64,000 bases of DNA from positions 1 to 64,000 of the IMG/VR virus record IMGVR_UViG_3300034374_012521; one strand, written 5' to 3'. Source of the stretch: a virus. The notes beneath the pieces are model-generated. The model worked only from the letters and a program-made list of their open reading frames with translations. It ran no database searches and had not been told where the DNA came from. Shown piece by piece: positions 19,584 to 29,787 of the stretch. A program made the translations under genes and the position numbers. Each line of letters starts with the position of its first letter. Position 1 is the first letter of the stretch.

Positions 19584-21257
19584 TTATCTCCTGGTGATAA
19601 CTATGTTGTTTATGACCAAGACATGTATATTATTCACATAGAAGCTTTTTATAGCATCTGCTGGGGATTCTACTATAGGTTCTCCTTTGCCATTAAAAGA
19701 GGTGTTTAGAAGTAAGGGGATTCCGGTTTTTTCATAGAATGCTGAAATAAGAGAATGGTACCTCTCATTCATCTCTTTTGTTACCGATTGGTATCTAGAA
19801 GTATGGTCGATGTGAGTAACCCCTGGAATTTTACCCCTCCATTCCTCTTTCACTTTTGTAGTTATAAGCATATATGGTGAAAAACAATCAAGGTCAAAAA
19901 TTTCCTTCCTATGCTCTTCTAATACGGAGGGTGCAAAAGGCCTATACCACTCCCTGTTCTTAATCTCTGAATTTATATACCTTTCAACCCAAGGTGAAGA
20001 TGGATTAGCTAATATGGATCTGTTTCCAAGAGCACGTGGACCAGTTTCACTTCCCCCCTGAAACCAGCCAACCACTTTATTCTCTACAAGGCATTGACTA
20101 ACATAGTCTAATAGGTTCTCCCAATTAACAAATTCTTGAAATTGGATATCTGGAATATCACTTTCGAAGAAATCATTTATCGCCTCTTGGTTTGAATACT
20201 CTCTTCCTAGATATGGCTTGAGATACTTTCCGGTTGGTAAATTACCCTCGACTATCTGGCCAAACCAAGCACATCCTAACGGTATTCCGCTATCGTCTGA
20301 CGATGGAAGGTAGTACTTATTCTCAAACAAGTCTGATTTTTCTATTAGCTCGTTTGAATTACAATTTAGGAATGATCCACCAGCAACACAAATGTTTTGA
20401 GAATCAACAACCTCACTTGCTTTTTTGGTAAAATACATTAGAAGTCTTTCCTGCTCTCTTTGATAGATACCAGCAATGTTTGCTCTGGATTGAAAATCGG
20501 AAAGATAATTTATACCATCAGATGGGACTTGACCATTCGGTATAAAAACGTCATTTTCCAGAATTTCTATAAAGTCAGGAAACGAGTCTACAAATTCTCT
20601 ATCGGCATAAGATGCTAACCCCATTAACTTCCCGGATTGCCAGCTATTATTTGAAGGATCATATACAAGTTGTAAAGCCCCGGTCCCATACATAATGCCA
20701 ACTGAAACTCCACCCCCCTTATAACCATCGGTAGAAAGCTTAATCCACTTTTTATAGGATTCCTCGTAAGAATCCTTTTTAAAGTTGTATATGGTTACTG
20801 CTTCAGCTAATCTTACGTTTTCTTGTAATTCGTTTGGATCCTTTTGAGGGAACCAAGCGTTTGCTTTGGAATCTGGAGCAATCTCACTTCCAGAAGCGTC
20901 CACAACAAGTACTGCAGCATCTTCAAACCCAGAACTATAAAAGGTACTAAAAGCATGGGCAAGGTGATGAGGCATAAATTCCAACCTTCCCCTGTTTACC
21001 CCAGTAATAGATTCAAACTGCTCTCCGTATTCATCAGGCAGCTCTGTAGTACTGTAGATAAATCTGTCTACATCATCAAAAGAAATACCAGCACTTTCTA
21101 CACAATATCTCATTGATTTTTCCGGCATTTGATGTTGATATCCGCCGTAAGATTTTACTCTGGTAATTCTTTCCTCTGAGATCCCAACCAAAACCTCGCC
21201 ATCTTTAATCAAGACCGCTCCCATATCGTGACCTACTGATATCCCTAGTGAGATCAT
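19584..21257 (-). CDS. carbamoyltransferase (NodU/CmcH family)
   Basis: HD.GA, EER..R.K, HHLAHA, GKLMGLASY, GPRALGNRSIL, RPFAP, NTSFN. Confidence 0.93.
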   Translation of the reverse strand: MISLGISVGHDMGAVLIKDGEVLVGISEERITRVKSYGGYQHQMPEKSMRYCVESAGISFDDVDRFIYSTTELPDEYGEQFESITGVNRGRLEFMPHHLAHAFSTFYSSGFEDAAVLVVDASGSEIAPDSKANAWFPQKDPNELQENVRLAEAVTIYNFKKDSYEESYKKWIKLSTDGYKGGGVSVGIMYGTGALQLVYDPSNNSWQSGKLMGLASYADREFVDSFPDFIEILENDVFIPNGQVPSDGINYLSDFQSRANIAGIYQREQERLLMYFTKKASEVVDSQNICVAGGSFLNCNSNELIEKSDLFENKYYLPSSDDSGIPLGCAWFGQIVEGNLPTGKYLKPYLGREYSNQEAINDFFESDIPDIQFQEFVNWENLLDYVSQCLVENKVVGWFQGGSETGPRALGNRSILANPSSPWVERYINSEIKNREWYRPFAPSVLEEHRKEIFDLDCFSPYMLITTKVKEEWRGKIPGVTHIDHTSRYQSVTKEMNERYHSLISAFYEKTGIPLLLNTSFNGKGEPIVESPADAIKSFYVNNIHVLVINNIVITRR

Positions 21258-21260
21258 ATT

Positions 21261-21518
21261 TTATTTAGTCCTCATTCCGTATTTAGACTCAAACCAAGAC
21301 ATCTCCATCTCAGCTTTTCTTCTGTCAACATCCAATACTGATATAATAGTATTTACACCAAATTCAACCCATTCTGTATACTCTCGAGTACCTAATGGAC
21401 TATTGTACATCCAATAAGGATCCCTCTGGGCTTTCTCTGGCTCAATCTCAGCATACATCATGTGTCTCTCCTTCAGGAGATTCATGATTTGGTCCTCTTT
21501 AGACTTGTTAAGGTTCAT
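21261..21518 (-). CDS. hypothetical protein
   Basis: 85-aa ORF. Confidence 0.55.
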   Translation of the reverse strand: MNLNKSKEDQIMNLLKERHMMYAEIEPEKAQRDPYWMYNSPLGTREYTEWVEFGVNTIISVLDVDRRKAEMEMSWFESKYGMRTK

Positions 21519-21533
21519 GATTTTTATGGATTG

Positions 21534-21896
21534 TTAAAAAGTTTTGATCAATCTTTTTGCTGTAGAGTAGTTTGTTGCTAGAGGTATATTGTGATGGTCA
21601 CAAACTCTCATCAACATTTGTACATCAGGTTCGTGAGGGTGTTTCCCAAGAGGGTCTCTAAAAAATATAACAAGGTCTATCTCCTTTACAGAAGCTAAGG
21701 CAGCAATTTGAGCATCCCCTCCGTGAGGTCCGGAGAGCAATTTTTTTACTTTGAGACCTGCTTGTTCTACGTGAGTTCCGGTTGTTCCGGTTGCCACTAT
21801 TTCAACATCCCTCCTTTTAAAGAATTCTATGTTATGCATGATAAAAGAAACCATAGAGGCTTTCTTCCCGTCATGTGCAATTACAGCTACTTTCAT
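21534..21896 (-). CDS. mgsA: methylglyoxal synthase
   Basis: IAHDGKK, ATGTTG, SGPHGGDAQI, FFRDPL...PHEPDV..L.R.CD..NIPLATN. Confidence 0.95.
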   Translation of the reverse strand: MKVAVIAHDGKKASMVSFIMHNIEFFKRRDVEIVATGTTGTHVEQAGLKVKKLLSGPHGGDAQIAALASVKEIDLVIFFRDPLGKHPHEPDVQMLMRVCDHHNIPLATNYSTAKRLIKTF

Positions 21897-22279
21897 TGTT
21901 GGGAATCTCCTCTCCAAACACGGTATGAGTCAGAGTCAAAATGTTCTGTTGAAACTTCGTAAACTACACCATCCTCCAAAGCTTCTAATTGGTGAGGCTG
22001 ACCTGGTCTTTGTCTTACAGAATCTCCTACCCTGAGAGTTTGTTCGTTTACCTCCGCTGTTTCGGTATCGATCCATCTATAAATGAAAGATCCCTCTTGA
22101 ACGTACCAAGTTTCATCCTTAACCATATGGTAATGCATTGAGAACTTAGCACCCTTTTTAAAGCAAAGAAGTTTACCGCAATAAAGTTCGTTGTTTTCGA
22201 ATATAATCTCGTGTCCCCAGCCTTTGGGTATATTACATCCGGGGCACTCCTTAGCATTAATTACTTTTGGCTTTTCCAT
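21893..22279 (-). CDS. cupin-domain protein (sugar isomerase-like)
   Basis: KGWGHE, SMHYH..KDETWYV, PH.L, EVST.H.D.DSYR. Confidence 0.8.
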   Translation of the reverse strand: MEKPKVINAKECPGCNIPKGWGHEIIFENNELYCGKLLCFKKGAKFSMHYHMVKDETWYVQEGSFIYRWIDTETAEVNEQTLRVGDSVRQRPGQPHQLEALEDGVVYEVSTEHFDSDSYRVWRGDSQQ

Positions 22280-22281
22280 AC

Positions 22282-22713
22282 TTATTTTTTTATAACACTA
22301 TCTAATAAATCCTTGTACCTGGGCAAAATTCTAACTGTTGCCTCCTCATAGTCCATAAACTTAGCATCGTTTATTTCGCTAAGTTGTAGCATTGACTGCG
22401 GGAGGATTTCTTTTTTTAAACCAATTTCTTCTAACGTATTGATATAACACTCGAAGATATAAACGGTTTTAAAAACCTTTTTACCCCTAGTATAGTGGAT
22501 TGTATGTTTTTTCCCTAGCTGGTGTGGTAAAATCTTGATTCCAACCTCTTCAAAAGTTTCTCTGCAAGCTGCTTCAATTTCATCCTCACCTTCTTCAATG
22601 TGACCTTTTGGTGGCATATAACTCCCAAACCATTTGCTATTTGTGCTGTGACAAAGAAGTAACTTGTTATCACAAACAATAGCAATCCCTGAAGATTCCT
22701 CTATTTTTCCCAT
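22282..22713 (-). CDS. NUDIX hydrolase
   Basis: PKGHIEEGE....AACRETFEEVG Nudix box. Confidence 0.92.
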   Translation of the reverse strand: MGKIEESSGIAIVCDNKLLLCHSTNSKWFGSYMPPKGHIEEGEDEIEAACRETFEEVGIKILPHQLGKKHTIHYTRGKKVFKTVYIFECYINTLEEIGLKKEILPQSMLQLSEINDAKFMDYEEATVRILPRYKDLLDSVIKK

Positions 22714-22742
22714 GTGAATTGTTTATTTTATTTATCACGATT

Positions 22743-23573
22743 TTAGGAATCTGAAACAGCTCTTCCCTTCATTTTCTCCCAATCTTTCTCTGGACGTACC
22801 TCTAAATTAGTAATCCATCCCCCTTCGATTGCGTTCATTCTCATACCTCTGGATTCTGCAAACTTTATAAGTGCATTTACATCTTTTGGGAAGCAGGTAC
22901 CTCCATATCCCATTTTTCCATCTGGACCCGGGACGTGAAGATGTGAATCTCCAACTCTACCGTCAGAAGCAAATCCGTTCATTGCATCCTCCCAATTAAT
23001 TCCTATTGCACTACCAAGCCTATAAAACTCGTTCATGATAGAAACCTTTGTAGCAAAGAATGTGTTGTTCATGTACTTAATGTACTCTGCTGTCTTCGAG
23101 TCTGTCAATATGAAATTTCTATTCATAAATCTATCCTCAAAAAGGGATTTTACTCTTTCATTTAATCTAGAATCCCCTCCCAAAATTATCCTTGCCTGTG
23201 TTAACATATCCAGTTTAGCAGTTCTTTCGGTAAGGAATTCTGGGGAAAAAATTATATTAAAACCAAATCTTTCTGATAGAGATTCGGTGGTTCCTGGAAG
23301 TACTGTCGATTTAATAATGAATATCTGGTCTTTATTTGGAAATATAGAACCAAAGAAGTTTTCAATAAATGAAAGGTCTTGAGTTCCGTCCATCCTCATT
23401 GGAGTTGGTAAGCAGACAAAAATAAATTCTTGCTCTAAGGTTTCCTCTAAATTATGTGTAGCTTTTAACGGATCAATGTCAAATATTTTAACATCCGCTG
23501 TTGGTGAAAAGGCAAATGCTTGGGACTCTCCAACGAATCCGTTACCGATTATTCCTACTGTTTTCTTTCCCAT
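22743..23573 (-). CDS. UDP-glucose/GDP-mannose dehydrogenase family protein
   Basis: GNGFVG, CLPTP, KSTVLPG, PEFL, GYGGTCFPKD. Confidence 0.9.
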   Translation of the reverse strand: MGKKTVGIIGNGFVGESQAFAFSPTADVKIFDIDPLKATHNLEETLEQEFIFVCLPTPMRMDGTQDLSFIENFFGSIFPNKDQIFIIKSTVLPGTTESLSERFGFNIIFSPEFLTERTAKLDMLTQARIILGGDSRLNERVKSLFEDRFMNRNFILTDSKTAEYIKYMNNTFFATKVSIMNEFYRLGSAIGINWEDAMNGFASDGRVGDSHLHVPGPDGKMGYGGTCFPKDVNALIKFAESRGMRMNAIEGGWITNLEVRPEKDWEKMKGRAVSDS

Positions 23574-23672
23574 CTTCTAAATATAAATATTACATTCCTT
23601 TTTTACTAGGATGAATGTTATAGACTAACGTCTATTGTTTATTTCAAATATAATTAGGAAAGATGTTGGCGT

Positions 23673-24098
23673 TTACCAATCTAGAGTATCAAGATCTAAC
23701 TCATAACCATCCCCGGTAGCAATTGCACTTACGTTGAATTCATACTTACCATCCATGGTTTCTGCTGTCATAAATCCCTCGTAATTATAATCACCCCACC
23801 CGCTTTCAAAGTCGTCAAAAAAGATAATTTCGTTTTTACCATCGGGTCTTATTATCTCGTACCAAAAAACATCTCTTGGGACCTTAAAATCTGGATTTTC
23901 TGGATTGTATTTTTCTGAAGAAAACCAATCCTTTTCTTCCCTATATTTTCTGATAAGATCGGTAATCTCTTTCGCATCGTCGTCTGGAGAAAGTTCCCTC
24001 ATGATTCTTACACCTCTATAATGACCCCTTTTTGGCCAATTTGATGCCATCCACCTTTCTCCGGTTCTAAAAGATTCATATAAAGAGATGTGTTTCAT
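23673..24098 (-). CDS. hypothetical protein with N-terminal MKHISLYESF motif
   Basis: Preceded by the AATATATAG motif. Confidence 0.6.
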   Translation of the reverse strand: MKHISLYESFRTGERWMASNWPKRGHYRGVRIMRELSPDDDAKEITDLIRKYREEKDWFSSEKYNPENPDFKVPRDVFWYEIIRPDGKNEIIFFDDFESGWGDYNYEGFMTAETMDGKYEFNVSAIATGDGYELDLDTLDW

Positions 24099-24110
24099 AA
24101 CTCTATATAT

Positions 24111-24716
24111 TTAGAGAAATGCAAGGATCTTTTCTTTTTTGCCACTTTGTTTTATCCCTTCCCAATTTCTTGGAGTCCAAACAAAGTTTTCTAGACCCCA
24201 TTCGCGGTCGAATGGACCATAAGAACTTGCTTCAACATGAATACCCATATGTAAGTCGTCAATGGCAACCCAATGTGTGACGGATGGGTTCTTACCTAAC
24301 CAACGAGCAATTTCAAAATAACGTTCTTGCTCTTTATCTTCGGTCCTACTCCATGGAAAATCTCCGTGGTCGGGAACAAAACCTTCATCTCTCCAATCTG
24401 TGAAATGGAAAATCTCTGTAACACCAATAGGTCGTTTGATAATACCCTGAGATTCGTAGTAGTCACCCAATTCTTCTAATGTTGCGTGAAGTCTCCAATC
24501 TGAGCTGACGATAATCTCGGCACCTGTCTCTTCTAAGATTTCGTTTAATACCTTAACTGCCTTTCGGTCAAAATTGTCAAAACGATATTCAAGAGGTATT
24601 TCACTTCCACGCATGGATAACTTCATCCTACCCCACTTCTTTTGTTTCTTGTGGCGTGAACCCCAATTATTTGCTAAACAAATAACCCCATCGTTATCTA
24701 AGAATATGACTTTCAT
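24111..24716 (-). CDS. HAD-domain protein (Swiss-Army-knife RNA-repair-like HAD)
   Basis: IFLDNDGV, IVSSDWR, WVAIDD. Confidence 0.8.
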   Translation of the reverse strand: MKVIFLDNDGVICLANNWGSRHKKQKKWGRMKLSMRGSEIPLEYRFDNFDRKAVKVLNEILEETGAEIIVSSDWRLHATLEELGDYYESQGIIKRPIGVTEIFHFTDWRDEGFVPDHGDFPWSRTEDKEQERYFEIARWLGKNPSVTHWVAIDDLHMGIHVEASSYGPFDREWGLENFVWTPRNWEGIKQSGKKEKILAFL

Positions 24717-25147
24717 TATACATTAAAAGTTCCCTCTTGCAAATCTGGTCCTTCCTTAGGTTCAATTTGGTCGCTTAGATAGTCACAGAAGTAATTGCTA
24801 CAAGTTTGTGGCCTGATTTCATGAACTGTACAGAATTTGAGACTTGTGTTGTAGAAAATACAGGGCAATTTTGGGTGATGAAAATTTACCCTCAAGGCAG
24901 GGTAGTTTTCTGGGTTTTGCCAAGTGCTTTTGTCTGGAAAAATTTGGCTACCTGCTTCAAAGTCTATAAAAACATCCTCATATCTAACGTTTCTTCCAAG
25001 GTGACTTTGGAGTCTTTCGATGAATTCATCAGTGTCCGTTATTTTTCCAATGATATAATCCCTATTCTCTATGGAACAGCAGCTTCCGTCATACCCGTCT
25101 ATACCGAAGCATTTATTAGAACATATATCGCAAATAGATCCAGGCAT
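24716..25147 (-). CDS. YkgJ-like Cys-cluster (Zn/Fe-S) protein
   Basis: CxxC...CC...CIFY.....CTVH..RP.TC..YFC. Confidence 0.8.
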   Translation of the reverse strand: MPGSICDICSNKCFGIDGYDGSCCSIENRDYIIGKITDTDEFIERLQSHLGRNVRYEDVFIDFEAGSQIFPDKSTWQNPENYPALRVNFHHPKLPCIFYNTSLKFCTVHEIRPQTCSNYFCDYLSDQIEPKEGPDLQEGTFNV

Positions 25148-25149
25148 TT

Positions 25150-25518
25150 CTATAATTTAAGACTTCCTTCATTGATTCTTTCTACTAGACGTGGATGTAA
25201 TTCCAAATCCCCACTTGGGTCAAGAACTACAACAGCATTATCTAAATAAGGATTTTTTTCCTTATCAAACCTGCCATCACTTTCAAATAACACATACAGT
25301 TTTTCCCCTATAGCAGAAGCAAGATCTTTAAGGGTCTCCAATGATTCGGTTACATCAATATCACCGTACCAGATCTTGGTTTTTCCAACAAAAAGGTTAG
25401 CATTAAAAACTACCACATGGTCAGGAAATGTTCGGCTATAAAAGCTTTTGCTTCCCGATATCATTTTACCAGGATAACCTAATGCCCCCTTTGCAACTTC
25501 ATAGTATATGTTCTCCAT
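25150..25518 (-). CDS. hypothetical protein
   Basis: 122-aa ORF. Confidence 0.6.
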   Translation of the reverse strand: MENIYYEVAKGALGYPGKMISGSKSFYSRTFPDHVVVFNANLFVGKTKIWYGDIDVTESLETLKDLASAIGEKLYVLFESDGRFDKEKNPYLDNAVVVLDPSGDLELHPRLVERINEGSLKL

Positions 25519-25553
25519 CTCGGAATTTTTAAATTCTAGAGACTTCCTGCTGT

Positions 25554-26648
25554 TTAGTTTCTTAAAGATGAAAAGAATTCGGGATTCAAGCTCCTTAAGA
25601 ATTCAACATATAAACTGATTGCATTCTCAACATCTTTCTTGTGAGCCATCTCAACTGTGGTGTGCATGTACTTTAAAGGTGTAGCAAGAATAGCAGTAGG
25701 TATACTTTCTAGGAAAAAAGCCATTGTATCATTGCCATAGGATCCTACTGTCAGTTGGAGTGGTATATCGTTTTCAGACGCAACCTCTCTCAACTTAGCA
25801 TTCAATTTGCGGTGGTTTTGTGCAGTGTATTCGATACATGGCCCATCTCCTCCCTTCGTATCTCCGTCTTTAGCTTTATTGATTCTTGGAGTGTTTGTAT
25901 TGTGGCAAACGTCGTGTACCAAAGCAAGATCTGCATTCAGCTTTTTAGCAATCATTTTTGCACCATATAAACCCACTTCCTCCTGGACAGAATTTACTAC
26001 CACCAGATTAAATGGAAGATTGGTTTTGCTGTTGTGAAGATCTTGAGCTACCTTAGCAATAATATAGCCACCGATCTTATTGTCCAACGATCTTCCAACC
26101 CAATAATCACCAATTTCTCTCAGTGGATCGTTGAATGTTACAAGACATCCTACCTCAATTTCAGCTGAAAGGACATCTTCTTTGCTTTCCAGACCAACGT
26201 CTAACCAAAGCTCGTGTTGGTCTGGACCTTTTTCAACATATTCTTTTCTAGTGTGAATAGCTGGCCATCCAAAAACACCGGGTATTTTCTTGCCAGTATG
26301 GGTGTGGATGACAACATCCTTTGATGGCGCGATCATGTTATCAGAACCACCATGACGCTTAACCCTAATATATCCTTCCTTTTCAATGTGTGTTACGATC
26401 CAAGCAATCTCATCACAATGTGCTTCGATTACTACTGTTGGAACCCCATGGTTCCCCATTCCGTTTTCGTCCCTTGAAAAGATCTTAGCTACCGCAGTCC
26501 CGTAGGGATCTATATAAACCTCATCGGAGTATTTTTTAATTTCTTCTATCCAAATTTTCTGTCCCTCTGTTTCTTGAGCTACTGGGGCATAAGCATCTAG
26601 GTATCTGTAAATAAAGGGTCTTTCTGAAACCTTAATCTGATCTTCCAT
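25554..26648 (-). CDS. M42-family aminopeptidase
   Basis: AHCDEI, SLDNKIG, QEEVGL.GA, DVCH, YMHT. Confidence 0.9.
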   Translation of the reverse strand: MEDQIKVSERPFIYRYLDAYAPVAQETEGQKIWIEEIKKYSDEVYIDPYGTAVAKIFSRDENGMGNHGVPTVVIEAHCDEIAWIVTHIEKEGYIRVKRHGGSDNMIAPSKDVVIHTHTGKKIPGVFGWPAIHTRKEYVEKGPDQHELWLDVGLESKEDVLSAEIEVGCLVTFNDPLREIGDYWVGRSLDNKIGGYIIAKVAQDLHNSKTNLPFNLVVVNSVQEEVGLYGAKMIAKKLNADLALVHDVCHNTNTPRINKAKDGDTKGGDGPCIEYTAQNHRKLNAKLREVASENDIPLQLTVGSYGNDTMAFFLESIPTAILATPLKYMHTTVEMAHKKDVENAISLYVEFLRSLNPEFFSSLRN

Positions 26649-26654
26649 CTTATA

Positions 26655-27443
26655 TTATTTAGTTTGTGTATCTGGCATTATGCTAGAAAGATATTCCTTT
26701 GGACCAAGGACAGACCTTTCACAATTCTTTTGGGTCATCATTTCATCAATCCACTCGTCCCAATATTCATCTAACAATTTTATAAAAGACTCTGGGTTTC
26801 CTCTGAGCTTAAATCGGTGGATGTATTCTTCCTTAAGGGATCTTTCGGGGTAAACAAGGACAAAAGGTATTTCGTGATAGTCTAAGGCATCTCTCAATGT
26901 TTTATGGGATGAGACCAAGATAAAATCTACCTTTGGATCATCTATTTTTTCCTTAATGTGTTGGATGTAATTCTCTGGGAAGTTTTCCTTATCAAAATCA
27001 GAGCTATCCAAGTCTATCACATTAAGACCAGAGATCTCGCTATATGTAGATTTCCCAGTTCCGGGAAAAGCTGAATATACCTTTATCTTAAATTCGTTTT
27101 TGTTACCCTCGTCGTCGTATAGACCCATCTCTTGGTCTAATCTCATCATCTCAGTAAGAGCTTTTTCTCTAAGATTCTTTTCTGCAGTTTCTCGATCTCG
27201 AGCTATTCTAACAGCATCCAAAAGTCTTTCTCTAAGATCCTCAAACTCTATATCAGTGTGTGGTGAGTTATAGCATTCAAACTCAATCCTATCAACAGAG
27301 TTGTCCCTAAGACCTACGACATGGTAGTCATCCATCTTCTTTTGTAAATCCTCAAAAGCTATTTCTTCTATCTTTCTGGAGTCAATAGATCCAATAGGAA
27401 ATCTAACTACCAGTATTGGCTTTGTTATTTTCTTTTTTGTCAT
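26655..27443 (-). CDS. two-domain protein with C-terminal P-loop kinase-like domain
   Basis: SAFPGTGKS, DLDSSDF. Confidence 0.7.
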   Translation of the reverse strand: MTKKKITKPILVVRFPIGSIDSRKIEEIAFEDLQKKMDDYHVVGLRDNSVDRIEFECYNSPHTDIEFEDLRERLLDAVRIARDRETAEKNLREKALTEMMRLDQEMGLYDDEGNKNEFKIKVYSAFPGTGKSTYSEISGLNVIDLDSSDFDKENFPENYIQHIKEKIDDPKVDFILVSSHKTLRDALDYHEIPFVLVYPERSLKEEYIHRFKLRGNPESFIKLLDEYWDEWIDEMMTQKNCERSVLGPKEYLSSIMPDTQTK

Positions 27444-27638
27444 GAGGTTCGGTTTAATCCATGTCTTCCTTTGAGGGATGATTATTCGGTCTTCTTAGAA
27501 AATCAGTTCTTTCCCCTTTCTTTTCTTTCTCGTATCCCCATTTGAAGATTTTAAGAACCATAACTAATCCGACCAAGCCGAACATTAGGATAAGGGAAAG
27601 TAGTGGAAAATCAATCATTGTTTTTAAGTTTTTATTAG

Positions 27639-27710
27639 TAGCCCCGCCAGGAATCGAACCTGGATCAAAAGTTTAGGAAACTCCCATTCTATCCGTTGAA
27701 CTACGGGGCC
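27639..27710 (-). tRNA. tRNA-Arg(CCT)
   Basis: Cloverleaf GGCCCCG.../TTCCTAA loop/GGTTCGATTCC. Confidence 0.9.
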
Positions 27711-27713
27711 AAT

Positions 27714-28367
27714 TTAATTTTTTCTAATAACCAAGAAAATATCATCTATTGTAGAAATGTGACCTGCCCTAATATAGTTTTTTTTGACAATCTCTAGAGA
27801 ATTTTGGTGACAGAACTTCACAAATCTTTCCTCGTCAAAATTTGCCCTTCCATCCACGTTTTTAAACGATAGATCATCACCACCAACTAGGTTAGAAAGG
27901 TGCAAAGAGCAGTACCCATTATTCTTAAGGACCCTTTTTATTTCCGACATGTATGAAATAACAACTTCAAAGTGCATATGAACAAAAGAATCGTACGAAA
28001 ATACAAAATCTAGAAAATTGCTGGGTATCATATCCAAGGATTTACCATCGGTGACAAAATAGCCAGAAACCCTTTTACCGAATCTTTGAGCACACCTTGA
28101 GATACAGGTTTCATTTAGGTCTGCAACATACAGATGATTTATTTCGGGACATCTTTCAAGAACTTCGTTGGTCATTCTGCCAAACCCGCAAGCTATTTCC
28201 AATACATTTCCCTTTGCAAATGGAGATATGTGCGGATCTAGATTCTGCTCCCAGGTATAGTCAATACCTCTTTTATGAGTCCATTCGTTACCATCCGATA
28301 TCCAAGAGCTCTCAGAATTCCAGTGTCTTTGCTCCTCTATATTGATATTAATTCTATCGTCCGACAT
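27714..28367 (-). CDS. class I SAM-dependent methyltransferase
   Basis: VLEIACGFGR, DFVFSYDSFVH, RVLK..G. Confidence 0.88.
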   Translation of the reverse strand: MSDDRININIEEQRHWNSESSWISDGNEWTHKRGIDYTWEQNLDPHISPFAKGNVLEIACGFGRMTNEVLERCPEINHLYVADLNETCISRCAQRFGKRVSGYFVTDGKSLDMIPSNFLDFVFSYDSFVHMHFEVVISYMSEIKRVLKNNGYCSLHLSNLVGGDDLSFKNVDGRANFDEERFVKFCHQNSLEIVKKNYIRAGHISTIDDIFLVIRKN

Positions 28368-28387
28368 GCTTGTGTTCTAAAGATAAT

Positions 28388-29065
28388 CTAAATATAAGAT
28401 TTTCTGAATAAAGAAATCACATCCTTTGCGTCATCAACAGCATCATGTGTTACTATCTTGTCCAATCCAGCCCTTTCTTTACAAAGGCTTAAACCCGGGA
28501 GTGATGTGTCGTTTTTCCAATCGGTAAATAACACGCTTGGATCTAAAACCCTCTGTCTGATTCTAATTAATTGTTTCCACCTAGGGATCCTAACTAAAAA
28601 TTTCATATCGAAAGTAGCGAAATTTTTCCCAGCTGCAGATATTGTGATTGGTTTAGTTTTGTTTGTAATTGCTGGTAGCATTTTTCCATTTCTCCTCGTG
28701 ATATAACCACCAGATCCAGGATCACCTAGATCAACGAAATCATTCTCTGCTAACCAATAATAGAATTCCTCTGCAACATCGTGCTCATTCATGAATTTCA
28801 TGCCTGTGAGTCTTTCAAGATCAAATATTTCACTATCATCTTCAGCTGTTTGGTAATGAACAATAGATTCGATGATTTCTTTGTTCATGTTAATTGCATA
28901 GGGTGATCCCTCGATTCTTTTGTGCAAAATAGCTGCATGGAAGGTTGGAAGATCCTCCATGGGTTTAATGTTGTTGGTGTCTTCGATGACTGCACCAATT
29001 GTGAGGATCTGACAATTTTCCGGGTCAAGTCCTGTTGTCTCTAAATCTATACTTATATACTTCAT
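28388..29065 (-). CDS. DEDDh 3'-5' exonuclease
   Basis: IDLETTGL, GKN...FD, THDAVDDA. Confidence 0.88.
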   Translation of the reverse strand: MKYISIDLETTGLDPENCQILTIGAVIEDTNNIKPMEDLPTFHAAILHKRIEGSPYAINMNKEIIESIVHYQTAEDDSEIFDLERLTGMKFMNEHDVAEEFYYWLAENDFVDLGDPGSGGYITRRNGKMLPAITNKTKPITISAAGKNFATFDMKFLVRIPRWKQLIRIRQRVLDPSVLFTDWKNDTSLPGLSLCKERAGLDKIVTHDAVDDAKDVISLFRKSYI

Positions 29066-29074
29066 ATACTTTAT

Positions 29075-29398
29075 TTAAGACCCTACTTTTTTCGAAGATG
29101 TGTGGTTGCTGCGAATCAGTATTTCAACCTCCCTATCATCTAGGATCCCCGAAATTGGCTCTTCTTGTTCCTTCCAAGATTTATATTGCGGAACATAGTT
29201 TCCTTGCATCACAATCTCGTATTTAGAACCTTCATTTATAACTTCATATCTTATTAAAATACAATATGGGCTTGGAAATGATACCGTCTTAACGTCGATT
29301 ATGCTATCGTCGGTTTTCTTAATTTTCTTTTGAGCAATCCTATTTACCCACTTCCAAAATTTGTTCTTAGTGGGATTTCCGATAATTTTAAACTGCAT
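29075..29398 (-). CDS. hypothetical protein
   Basis: Start moved downstream of the terminator at 29471-29496. Confidence 0.5.
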   Translation of the reverse strand: MQFKIIGNPTKNKFWKWVNRIAQKKIKKTDDSIIDVKTVSFPSPYCILIRYEVINEGSKYEIVMQGNYVPQYKSWKEQEEPISGILDDREVEILIRSNHTSSKKVGS

Positions 29399-29470
29399 AA
29401 TATCAAATGATTGGTAATTCTTTCTATTTGCAATTATATTAATGTTTCCCGTATTGAAAAAACGAAGCAT

Positions 29471-29496
29471 AAAAAAAGGTCTCAAAATTGAGACCT
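29471..29496 (-). terminator. intrinsic terminator
   Basis: AGGUCUCAA/UUGAGACCU hairpin + U-run. Confidence 0.75.
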
Positions 29497-29522
29497 AAAA
29501 ATAAACAGGGGTCCTAAATTTT

Positions 29523-29714
29523 CTAGATGAAAAGTATTAGATCACCGAAAGAATCCCAATCTCCACTATCTTTTTCCGGTTTTTCTTCATCAACGGAGTC
29601 ACTATCTGAAATTTCGGAATAGTAATCACCCTGTGATTGGTAGTTTGGTAGGTAAAATTGGTGGTCGCTTGCAGATTTTTTTTCTTGGTTGTTTTGGGAA
29701 GGGGGTTGGCTCAT
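29523..29714 (-). CDS. small low-complexity acidic protein
   Basis: 63-aa ORF followed by a terminator. Confidence 0.45.
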   Translation of the reverse strand: MSQPPSQNNQEKKSASDHQFYLPNYQSQGDYYSEISDSDSVDEEKPEKDSGDWDSFGDLILFI

Positions 29715-29787
29715 TTTTTGGGAGTGGATTTTCTTTTATTTATCTTTTGATATTAATTTTTTTAATTGTAATACACTCACAAATATA

